A stretch of DNA of 11,719 nucleotides from Prasinococcaceae sp. CCMP 1430 (GCA_013416795.1 RQSC01001361.1:22367-34085); one strand, 5' to 3'; positions 1 through 11,594 are shown, counted from the first letter of the stretch. Numbers and translations: made by a program. Notes: generated from the sequence alone by a model not told the origin.

Positions 1-67
1 GCACGCGGGCCGCCCGCCCCTCGCCCCCGCCAGCGCGCCGCCGGGCGCGGCGGGCTGGAACCTCAAC

Positions 68-1408
68 ATGAGCGCGCCGCCCGGCGGTGTGAGCCCCTTC
101 GTCAGCGGCGCGCTCTCCAACATCACCAGCTCCTCGCCCGCCCCGCTCGGCCTCACCCTTGACAAGTCGCGCACCTTCCAGAACATGGTCATCTCGGCGC
201 TCCGGCCGGCCGGCAAGGACAAGGGCAAGGCCCCGGGTAGGGCGCTCGGCAGGCCGGCGGGGGCTGCCGACGCCGGCGGCGCCGCGCAGGGCGTGCCCGC
301 GCCGCGCAAGATGCGCGGCAGGCTGGGGCCGGGGCCGAGCAGCTCCTCGGGCGCCGCCGCCTCGTCCGGCGGCGCGCCCTCGGCGGGCGCGCCGCCAGGC
401 GGCGGCGAGAAGATCAAGGCGGCCAACTTCCCCGCGCAGACCATCACGCTGGGCAGCTGGTCCCGCGGCGCCCGCTACGAGGGCGACGTGGTGGCCAAGT
501 GCTACTACGCCAAGCGCAAGCTCGTGTGGGAAATCTTGGAGCACGGGCTCAAGTCCAAGCTGGAGACGGTGTGGGACGACGTCGAGTCGCTGGTGGTGCA
601 CGCGCCCAAGGGCGAGTGCGCCACGCTCGAGCTGCAAGTCTCGCGCGCGCCGCAGTCCTACCAAGAGAGGGCGCCCGTGCCGCGCAAGCACACCAACTGG
701 CAGGCCTGCGCGGACTTCACGGGCGGGCAGGCGGCGGCCATGGTGCCCCACGTGCTCACTTTCGCGCCGGGACTGCTCGACAAGCCGCTGGAGGTCATGC
801 TCAAGTGCGACGAGCGCCTCGCAGAGATCGTGCGCTTCGTCGACGAACCGCCCGAGGCGGCGAAGGCCGCCAAGGCCACCGTGTCGAGGCTTGTCCAGAA
901 GCCCACGCCTCCCACGGATCAGGCGCTGTACTGCCCGCGCGGCACCTTCTTCAGCGACGGCGACTCGGACTCGCTCCGCACGCACTCGCGCGGCGAGAGC
1001 GGCGCGGACGCGTCCATGTCGCCGTCGTTGCACACGGACAGCATCGCGTCCTCGGACGCCATGCACATCGCCAACAGCCTGCGCCTCCGGAGCTCGGGCT
1101 CGCAGAGCCGCCTCCGCAACGGCCGCCGTCGGCAGCAAAGGCAGAGGGGGGGAGGCCGCGGCGCCGCGGGCAGCACGGGCTCCGCGCAGGCACACACAGA
1201 GGCGGAGGACTTCGACTGGGCGGGTCTGCTCGTGTCGGAGGGCGGCACCTCCAGGGGATCCGACGGGCGCGCAGGGCGCGAGCAGCAGAGACAGGCGGGC
1301 ACAAGCGCCAGCCACGCGCGCAGGCGGAATAGCGGGGGCGGGGGTCGCCACTCGTCCGACAAGAAGCGCGCCAAGCTCAAGGGTAGTGGGCTCATTCCGC
1401 TGCCCTGA
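68..1408 (+). CDS. TRF2/HOY1 PH-like domain protein (plant ASG1/At2g24100-like family), apparently single exon, 446 aa
   Basis: ATG at 68 to TGA at 1408. The core KIKAANFPAQTITLGSW...RYEGDVVAKCYYAKRKLVWEIL..GLKSKLE..W...PRKHTNWQACADFTGGQA matches the plant family as recalled (KLKASNFP...RYEGDLVAKCYFAKHKLVWE...PRKHTLWQATSDFTGGQA). The N-terminal PLGLTLDKS echoes the family's PLGLxLRKSPS motif. The C-terminal third is low complexity with a basic tail. An upstream exon before the window cannot be excluded. Confidence 0.85.
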   Translation: MSAPPGGVSPFVSGALSNITSSSPAPLGLTLDKSRTFQNMVISALRPAGKDKGKAPGRALGRPAGAADAGGAAQGVPAPRKMRGRLGPGPSSSSGAAASSGGAPSAGAPPGGGEKIKAANFPAQTITLGSWSRGARYEGDVVAKCYYAKRKLVWEILEHGLKSKLETVWDDVESLVVHAPKGECATLELQVSRAPQSYQERAPVPRKHTNWQACADFTGGQAAAMVPHVLTFAPGLLDKPLEVMLKCDERLAEIVRFVDEPPEAAKAAKATVSRLVQKPTPPTDQALYCPRGTFFSDGDSDSLRTHSRGESGADASMSPSLHTDSIASSDAMHIANSLRLRSSGSQSRLRNGRRRQQRQRGGGRGAAGSTGSAQAHTEAEDFDWAGLLVSEGGTSRGSDGRAGREQQRQAGTSASHARRRNSGGGGRHSSDKKRAKLKGSGLIPLP

Positions 1409-1892
1409 GTCACGGGAGGGGACACTGGAGGGCACATTGAAGTGGTCACGAGACGCGAGAGATGAGGGACTGGGGTAGGAGCAACGACTTGTGAGACCCC
1501 CCTGGCGTAGACGCGAGCTCGCATGGCGAGTATCCACGCACGCACCCATAGGCGGCGCGTGGCGCTCAACAAGTCGGCGCCGCACGGGCGCCTCGCGCGC
1601 CTTGCCACCTTTTTTGAGAATAGTCATGCGACCGGGCGTGTTGCGTCGCGGCACGGTACGGGCTTCCGTAGCAGGAAGCAGGAAGCCGGCGCGAGTGCGG
1701 CAGCATCCAGACGGTCGGTAAACCACTTCCTCATTGTAGGTGAGAGACCAGTGCGTTAACTGACCGCCGGCGGGCCTGCTCGCCGGAGCGCCCGAGCCGC
1801 GGACGCACGCCGGTCGGCGCGTCGCCACGCGTGAACAGAATGCGCGCCGTTACGTCACCACACCAAGCGCGTGCCTCACGCGTCTCCGGCCT

Positions 1893-3379
1893 TCAAAGCT
1901 TCGAGCGTGCCACCGGTGCCCCGCCCTCGCCCCTGCGCTCGCCCTGCGCCCCCTCCTGGTCACCCTCCATCTCGACGAAGCTTACAACGACCGTGCAGTC
2001 GTCCATCTTGCCGCCGCGGTAGGAGTACCCCGCCTCGCTCGCTGCCACAGCGAAGGGGCTCATGCGCTTTGCGTCTGCCGCCTTCTCGTGCGCTTCGCGT
2101 GCAAGGCGCATGGCGACGTCTGCTGGCGGTAGCCCCTCGCCGCTGGCGCGTACTAGCGTGTTCACGATCTCCGCGTCGTGCAGGTTGTCGAAGAGGCCAT
2201 CGGTGCCGAGCACGACAGCGTCACCGCGCCGCACGGGGAGCTCGAATTGTTCCGCCTGCGTCGAGCAGGGGCGCGCACATTCGCGGCGCGATAGACGGGC
2301 GGGTCAGCGCCGTGTATGCACGCGGGGCGCTGGCGCTCGCACGGGCGCGCCGCGCCGCATTGCATCGGAGGGTATCGCGCACATCGCACCTGCTCCGGCG
2401 CGTCCGAGTGCGTCGTCGCCGCGAGCTGGTAGGGGAAGTTGAAGCCGTGCTGTTGTGATGGGCTCTTGAAGATCAGCTTGCCGTCTCGCACCACCAGGAA
2501 GCCACTGTCGCCCAGGTTGGCCGCAGTAAGCTTGTACGCGAGGCCGCCGTCCCCGCCCGCGCCCCCGTCGGAGGCGCACCCCCCTGGCGCGCCAAAGTCA
2601 GGCGCCAGGGAGAGCACGCAAGCCGTGCTCGAACCGAGGATGCGGGTACGGCGATGTGCCGCGATGATCAAGCTCAGGGGATCGCATCCAGCGTCCTCGA
2701 GGCCTCGCCCCCTCCCCACGCTGCGGCCACCGTTGCTACTGCCCACACTGCTGCGGCCGTGGGCGCTCACCGAGAATCCCTCCTTTGCCCCAGTGCTGCT
2801 GTCGCCGCTGCTGCCGTCCACGTCGGCTGAATCGCGCTTCTCCTCCCCTGCGGCGCGTTGTGCGTCCGCCTTGAGCGCCTTTTCCACCGCGCCCCCCGCG
2901 CTAGCGTGCTCAGCGGCCGCCCTGACGTGTTCCATGAGCGTGCGCGCATACTCCCCCGCGTCGATGCCCTGCTCCGCCCAGCCGCCCACTCCGTCGGCGA
3001 CGCCAACTGTCACGCCATCAGAGCACACCACGAACGCATCTTCGCCGCCCTTATCGGCCTTGTCGGGGTGGGGCAGCATTGCTGCGCCGCTGTTGAGCAC
3101 CATGGTGGCCACGCGCGCGGGCGCCTGCTCACCGGCCGCTGCGGCGGCCGCCGCCGCCGCAGACACTGTCGCGTAGCGCCGCGCCTCTGACACGGCGCTT
3201 GCGGGCAGCGGCTCGGCGGGCGTCCGCGGCCCGGTGCACGCACGCAAGCGACGCGTCGTGGAGCCAACCTGCAGGAGCGCCACTCGCTGCTCGTCGGACA
3301 GCGGGAGTTGAGATGAAAGCCAGAAGCTTAGCTTGATTGGACCCATGGCCAGTAGCTTCTCCGCGTCTGCTCGGTCGCC
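1893..3379 (-). CDS. PTC7: PTC7/PPTC7-like PP2C (PPM) protein phosphatase; visible exons 3379-2390 and 2255-1893; true start uncertain
   Basis: Motifs LPHPDKADKGGEDAF, VGVADGVGGWAEQGIDAGEYA, GSSTAC, ANLGDSGF, QQHGFNFPYQL, then after the intron GDAVVLGTDGLFDN and GGKMDDCTVVV. The intron restores SDAPEQ|AEQFELPVRRGD in frame. In-frame Mets at 3346 and 3103; the frame stays open up to the N at 3381. Stop TGA at 1895-1893. Confidence 0.9.
2256..2389 (-). other. Spliceosomal intron of the PTC7-like gene (134 nt)
   Basis: CAG|GTGCGA donor, CTGAC at 2307-2303, ACGCAG|GCG acceptor. Phase 0; joins two halves of the PP2C domain. Confidence 0.9.
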
Positions 3380-3533
3380 CNGGAAGGGTTGGGATGCGGT
3401 GGAGAGGAGGTGTGTGTGTGTGGGGGGGGGAGGGGGCCAGGCGCGAGGCGGCGACCTGCGCGAAGAGAGCGTGCGCACACCGTGAGTGTCAAAAATGTAT
3501 TTAGGGGACGTCGTTTCCCTAAACGTCAACTCC

Positions 3534-6244
<2,711 letters not shown>

Positions 6245-7025
6245 NNNNNNNNNNNNNNNNNNNNNNNNNNNNNNNNNNNNNNNNNNNNNNNNNNNNNNNN
6301 NNNNNNNNNNNNNNNNNNNNNNNNNNNNNNNNNNNNNNNNNNNNNNNNNNNNNNNNNNNNNNNNNNNNNNNNNNNNNNNNNNNNNNNNNNNNNNNNNNNN
6401 NNNNNNNNNNNNNNNNNNNNNNNNNNNNNNNNNNNNNNNNNNNNNNNNNNNNNNNNNNNNNNNNNNNNNNNNNNNNNNNNNNNNNNNNNNNNNNNNNNNN
6501 NNNNNNNNNNNNNNNNNNNNNNNNNNNNNNNNNNNNNNNNNNNNNNNNNNNNNNNNNNNNNNNNNNNNNNNNNNNNNNNNNNNNNNNNNNNNNNNNNNNN
6601 NNNNNNNNNNNNNNNNNNNNNNNNNNNNNNNNNNNNNNNNNNNNNNNNNNNNNNNNNNNNNNNNNNNNNNNNNNNNNNNNNNNNNNNNNNNNNNNNNNNN
6701 NNNNNNNNNNNNNNNNNNNNNNNNNNNNNNNNNNNNNNNNNNNNNNNNNNNNNNNNNNNNNNNNNNNNNNNNNNNNNNNNNNNNNNNNNNNNNNNNNNNN
6801 NNNNNNNNNNNNNNNNNNNNNNNNNNNNNNNNNNNNNNNNNNNNNNNNNNNNNNNNNNNNNNNNNNNNNNNNNNNNNNNNNNNNNNNNNNNNNNNNNNNN
6901 NNNNNNNNNNNNNNNNNNNNNNNNNNNNNNNNNNNNNNNNNNNNNNNNNNNNNNNNNNNNNNNNNNNNNNNNNNNNNNNNNNNNNNNNNNNNNNNNNNNN
7001 NNNNNNNNNNNNNNNNNNNNNNNNN
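6245..7025. other. Assembly gap (781 N) hiding the ATP2 5' end and the divergent ATP2/MTP promoter region
   Basis: Run of N between two head-to-head genes. Confidence 0.95.
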
Positions 7026-7058
7026 GGCGCGGGCGCGGGCGAGGAGGCCGCGCCCCTC

Positions 7059-8348
7059 ATGGACAGCCGGGAAAGCGCCGGCGCGAGCACGTCCGTGGCG
7101 CCGCCGCCGGGTGGCGCGGACTCGTCCGAGCGCGCCTGCGAGGAGTACAGCGTGAGGGTGGGTCCCAACAGCGGGGCGCACGGAGACCGCCACATCGGCT
7201 GGCGCCTCAAGGCCGGCGACTTCGCCTCGGCGCGCAAGTCGGAGGAGCAGCTCGTGCGCCTGCGCACGCGCGCGCGCAGGCACTACAGCGCGCGAGCGAG
7301 CGGCGAGATAGAGAGCTTCTACAGGCGGCAGAATGACGTGGTCGACACCTTCGTGGACGCGGACGAGGAGGCGGCGGCGGGCGCCGCCGAGGGGGGGCGC
7401 GACTCCTGGGGGGAGGCCAGCGGCGGGCGCGGCGCTCCCGTCCCCAGCGCTGGCGAGCCCGAGCGTGGGGAGAGCTCGGCGATGAATCTGTCCTTCGCCA
7501 CCAACGTGGTGCTGTTCGTCGCCAAGCTCGCGTGCGCCGCGCTGAGCGGCAGCCTGAGCATCATCGCCAGCACGCTGGACTCGTTCCTCGACCTGCTCTC
7601 CGGGCTGCTGCTGTGGTTGACGGTGCGCTCGATGCGCGACGTCGACCCGTACGAATACCCGGTGGGCAAGACGCGCTTGCAGCCGCTGGGCATCCTCGTG
7701 TTCGCCAGCGTGATGGGAACCGTGTCCTTTCAGGTGCTCATCGAGAGCGTGCGCCAGCTCATCGGGCCGGACCACACGCACCATCTAGAGCACCTGTGGC
7801 TGGCGGTCGGCACCATGGGGAGCGTGATAGGCGCAAAGCTGCTGCTCTGGCTTTACTGCAGGAGGTTCAAGTCGGAGTCGGTCGTGGCCTACGCGCAGGA
7901 CCACCTCAACGACGTTCTCACGAACTCGCTGGGGCTCGCCACCGCCATCCTCGGGGACAGGGTCGCGTGGTGGGTCGACCCGCTCGGGGCCATGCTACTG
8001 TCAATTTTCATCATGCGGGTGTGGGCGACCACGGCGCTCGAGAACATGCGGCAGCTGGTCGGCCAGAGCGCGCCGCAAAAGCTGCTCGCCAAGCTGACGT
8101 GGCTCAGCTGGAATCACTCGCCGAAGATCGCGCAGATAGACACGGTCCGCGCGTACACCTTCGGGCAGTACTACTTTTGCGAGGTTGACATCGTCCTGCC
8201 GCGCGACACGCCGTTCCCCGAAGCGCACGACATCGGCGAATCGCTCCAGAACAAGCTCGAGAGGCAGGCGGAGATCGAGCGCGCGTTCGTGCACCTCGAC
8301 TACGAGGCCCAGCACGCGCCTGAGCACCCCAGGCCAGGGGCATGCTGA
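7059..8348 (+). CDS. MTP: Mn-CDF clade cation diffusion facilitator / metal tolerance protein (MTP8-11-like), 429 aa, no visible intron
   Basis: SGSLSIIASTLDSFLDLLSG (DxxxD in TM2), YPVGKTRLQPLGILVFASVM, AYAQDHLNDV (DxxxD in TM5), and the C-terminal dimerisation domain EVDIVLP...EAHDIGESLQNKLE...IERAFVHLDYE. DxxxD in both helices is the Mn-CDF signature. The frame is open back to the gap (GAGAGEEAAPL-M), so the start may be further upstream. Confidence 0.93.
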   Translation: MDSRESAGASTSVAPPPGGADSSERACEEYSVRVGPNSGAHGDRHIGWRLKAGDFASARKSEEQLVRLRTRARRHYSARASGEIESFYRRQNDVVDTFVDADEEAAAGAAEGGRDSWGEASGGRGAPVPSAGEPERGESSAMNLSFATNVVLFVAKLACAALSGSLSIIASTLDSFLDLLSGLLLWLTVRSMRDVDPYEYPVGKTRLQPLGILVFASVMGTVSFQVLIESVRQLIGPDHTHHLEHLWLAVGTMGSVIGAKLLLWLYCRRFKSESVVAYAQDHLNDVLTNSLGLATAILGDRVAWWVDPLGAMLLSIFIMRVWATTALENMRQLVGQSAPQKLLAKLTWLSWNHSPKIAQIDTVRAYTFGQYYFCEVDIVLPRDTPFPEAHDIGESLQNKLERQAEIERAFVHLDYEAQHAPEHPRPGAC

Positions 8349-8529
8349 GCATGCTCGCTGAGCGCGCGAGGGGAGGAGTGCGTGTACACACCATAGTGGT
8401 GCCTGGTACCACCATGCTGTACAAAACGTGTGTTGGTTGGAAAAAAAAGTTGAGGGAGAATTGCGTCACTCCGCCGCCGTTGCGCGCGCCGCCGCCCGCG
8501 GCAGCGCGCGCCCGGCCGCCCCGCGCGCG

Positions 8530-9592
8530 ATGCCCTTCGAGAGCACCGCGTCGTCGTGCGCCGCGATGGATGCACTCAAGCGCCGGCTGAGCGGCTTCGA
8601 GTCCGAGGACGGCCGCCGCCGCGGGCTGGCTTTCCGCCCGCGCCCAAGCGACGTGTTGGTGACCACCACACCCAAGGCGGGCACCACGCTCATGCAGCAG
8701 CTCTGCCACCAGCTGCGCGCGGGCGGGGACGAGTCGTTCGGGGAGATTTCCGACGAGGGCGTCGTGCCGTGGATAGAGCTCGCGGCTGACTGCGGCATCG
8801 ACCTCGAGGCGCCGCAGCCAGCGGAGCCGCGGATATTCAAGACGCACTGCTGGCAGCCGCACTGCCCGAAGGGGGGGAAGAACATAGGTGCGCGGCAGCG
8901 AGTAGAGCCGCGCGGCGCGAGCGAGCCGCCTGGCGCGGCGCGGCGCGGCGCGGCGCCCTCTGACGCCGCCTGAGCGGCCGCGCGCGCCGCGCGCAGTGGT
9001 GGTTCGCGACCCGGTAGCGTGCGCGTCGTCGTTCTACCACTTCTTCGAGGGATGGTTCTTCTCGCCGGGCGAGGTGGGCATCGACGAGTTCGTGCGCGAC
9101 TTCGTGCTGGCGCGCGGTGCGCCCGAGAGCGACATGCAGAACGCGAGCTACTGGCACCACCTGATCTCGTGGTGGCCGCGGCGAGCGCGCGAGGACGTGC
9201 TCCTCGTGTCGTACGAGGGGCTCGTGGCGGACAGAGAAGGGCACGTGCGCAGGGTGGCAGAGTTCATCCTGCCGAAGGAGGTGCTTGCCGACCAGGAGGA
9301 GGTCGAAAGGCGCGTGGCGGCGGCGACAGAGATGACCAGCCTCGAGTGGATGCAGGAGCACCCGACCATGTTCGACGAGCACATCACCAAGCTCAAACGC
9401 AACGCGTCGTGCGGCCTCTCCCCCGACGCGGGCTTCGGCGGCGGCAAGGTCCGTGCCAAGGGCGCGAAGCGCGCGGCCATGAGCGCGGAGGTTCTCGAGG
9501 AGGTGCACGCCAAGTGGAGGGAGGTGGTCGAGCCTGCCACCGGTCTGGCGAGCTACGAGGAGCTGCTGCAAGCGCTCGCCTCGGGCGCGTGA
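8530..9592 (+). CDS. PAPS-dependent sulfotransferase (Sulfotransfer_1-like), exons 8530-8887 and 8997-9592, 317 aa
   Basis: 5'-PSB loop TTPKAGTTLMQQ preceded by FRPRPSDVLV; PRIFKTH (catalytic His); 3'-PB motif NIV|VVRDPVACASSFYHF rebuilt across the intron; LLVSYEGL. Confidence 0.9.
8888..8996 (+). other. Sulfotransferase intron (109 nt)
   Basis: G|GTGCGC donor, CTGAC at 8960-8964, GCGCAG|TG acceptor. Phase 1. Confidence 0.9.
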
Positions 9593-9749
9593 GCGCGCGC
9601 TGCCTCCGCCGGCGCAGCGCACGAACTAATACCGACGGTGGACACGGAGTGGGTTGTGAAAAAATAATCCTGCAGCGCGCGTACGTGCGCGCGCACGCGC
9701 GCGCGCGTGCTCGAACGAGCGCGCGTTGGTGTCGGCCTTCGCGGTCCGT

Positions 9750-10868
9750 TCACTGCTCCGCCGAGCGGGCGGGCCTGACCACCCCCGCGCCCGGCTTGCC
9801 CATCCTGTGGCTGTACCACTCGACCGGCGCCGGGCTGCCGTCCCAGCCGTTGCCGTTGCGGCCCGTGCCGTCGGCGTGGTTGAGCGCGTCGACGTAAAAG
9901 TTCTGGGTCGGGTCATTGTACTTCTGCGACGTGTTTCCCCACCAGCTCATGCACGACGAGATTCCGACGAGGCCGTCGTTGTACTCGCCGTACTCCACCA
10001 AGCTCGCCACCGCCTCGAGCGCCACCGAGTACCTCGTGGTCTCGCCGTAAGGCGACGTGCCGCACATGCAGCCGTCGGCGTACTCCTTGGGTACCTCGAG
10101 CAATTCGGGGCCGAAGCGCGCGTACTCCGGGCGCAGACTCCAGTAGCTCGCGGAGATGTTGGTGTCCCGGCAGTAGGAGAGCTCGGAGGCGATCCATCGG
10201 ACCGGCCTGGAAAAGAAGTGCATGTTGCTGCATATGTTCTTGATCATGTCGGCGGCCTGGGAGCCGACCATCGGGCCCTGGATCATGTACCACGCGGTGG
10301 TGTCCTTGTCCAGCGAGCACGTACCGCGCCTGATGGCCTCGGACAGGATGTTGTTTGCCATGGAGTGGGTGAAAAGGAGCTACCGAGGCGGGCGGGGAGG
10401 GACGGCGGGTGGGGTCACGCAAAGAGGGGAGGGGGGTCAGCGGGCGCGCGCGCGGGCGCGTCCGCGGGGTGCGCGCTCCAGCTCCGCGCGAGCCGCGCGC
10501 GGGCTCCGCGCCGCGCCCCATCGCCCGCGACCGCTCACCTTGTTGCGCACGACGGTGTCGCCGCGGCCGAACGCGCCGGCGCCCGTCCGGTTGCGCTCGG
10601 AGACGGGCGGCAGGAGCGCCGTCCTGCAGTACGACTCGAGGAGCGCGTCGTCCGCCCAGCCGTGGTTTGTGGTGTCAGCGTGGTTGAACGTCGCGGTCGC
10701 GCACTGCGGCATCGCGGCGAGCAGCTTGGGCCCCCAGTACTCGTCGTTTGTGGGGGTGTCGGGCGCGTCCACCGCCTCGCCCGCGCCGTGCAGGAAGACG
10801 CAGTCCCACCGCTCGCCGTCGTACGCGCGCGCGGCGTCCCCGCGGGCGCCCCCGAGCGCCCCCGCCGC
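9750..10868 (-). CDS. Cys-rich alpha/beta-hydrolase (lipase/esterase-like), probably secreted; visible exons 10868-10539 and 10379-9750; 5' end in the gap
   Basis: CVFLHGAG (oxyanion-hole strand), nucleophile elbow LFTHSMAN (Ser 10364-10362), NDGLV (Asp 9977-9975) and LNHADG (His 9878-9876), in canonical Ser-Asp-His order. Many Cys and Trp residues. Secretion is inferred because the N-terminus is not visible. Confidence 0.8.
10380..10538 (-). other. Intron of the hydrolase gene (159 nt)
   Basis: AAG|GTGAGC donor, CTGAC at 10440-10436, C-rich tract, CGGTAG|CTC acceptor. Phase 0; gives VVRNK-LLFTHSM. Confidence 0.88.
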
Positions 10869-11280
10869 NNNNNNNNNNNNNNNNNNNNNNNNNNNNNNNN
10901 NNNNNNNNNNNNNNNNNNNNNNNNNNNNNNNNNNNNNNNNNNNNNNNNNNNNNNNNNNNNNNNNNNNNNNNNNNNNNNNNNNNNNNNNNNNNNNNNNNNN
11001 NNNNNNNNNNNNNNNNNNNNNNNNNNNNNNNNNNNNNNNNNNNNNNNNNNNNNNNNNNNNNNNNNNNNNNNNNNNNNNNNNNNNNNNNNNNNNNNNNNNN
11101 NNNNNNNNNNNNNNNNNNNNNNNNNNNNNNNNNNNNNNNNNNNNNNNNNNNNNNNNNNNNNNNNNNNNNNNNNNNNNNNNNNNNNNNNNNNNNNNNNNNN
11201 NNNNNNNNNNNNNNNNNNNNNNNNNNNNNNNNNNNNNNNNNNNNNNNNNNNNNNNNNNNNNNNNNNNNNNNNNNNNNNNN
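10869..11280. other. Assembly gap (412 N)
   Basis: Run of N. Confidence 0.95.
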
Positions 11281-11440
11281 TGGCGCCCGCAGCCCCCCCC
11301 CCTTTCTTCCCCTTCCCTCCGCTCCGCCGCGCCGCGATCGCGAGAGCGCGTCCGCGCACCGCCTCGCCTCCGCGTCATCATGTCATGTCATCCGCTGCAT
11401 GGGATGCCTGGTCACGTCCTCGGCACGCATCATCTCTGTC

Positions 11441-11460
11441 TGCCTGCCTGCCTGCCTGCC
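11441..11460. repeat. (TGCC)5 microsatellite
   Basis: Read directly; flanked by degenerate TGTC units. Confidence 0.8.
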
Positions 11461-11594
11461 TGTCTCTGGCCGGCCGGGTGGGCGACGTTCGGTCGGATCC
11501 CCACGTGGGCACGCCGCGGGCGGGCGCCTCGCCGAAGGCCTCCGAGTCGCGCCTCGGATCGGATCATCGACGGGATGGATGGGGGCGCTCCCAC

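Noticed and set aside
159-1608. Arg/Ala/Pro-rich alternative-frame and antisense ORFs over gene 1, and similar ones over the MTP and sulfotransferase genes
   Set aside because: Expected in very GC-rich DNA where stops are rare; they have no domain motifs.
1409-1892. Short ORFs (1491-1721, 1523-1759) between gene 1 and PTC7
   Set aside because: They lack an ATG start, motifs or codon bias. The region is best explained as convergent 3' UTRs.
7059-10868. MTP, sulfotransferase and hydrolase as a metabolic gene cluster
   Set aside because: There is no scaffold-forming enzyme or shared pathway logic, and adjacency is expected in a compact genome.
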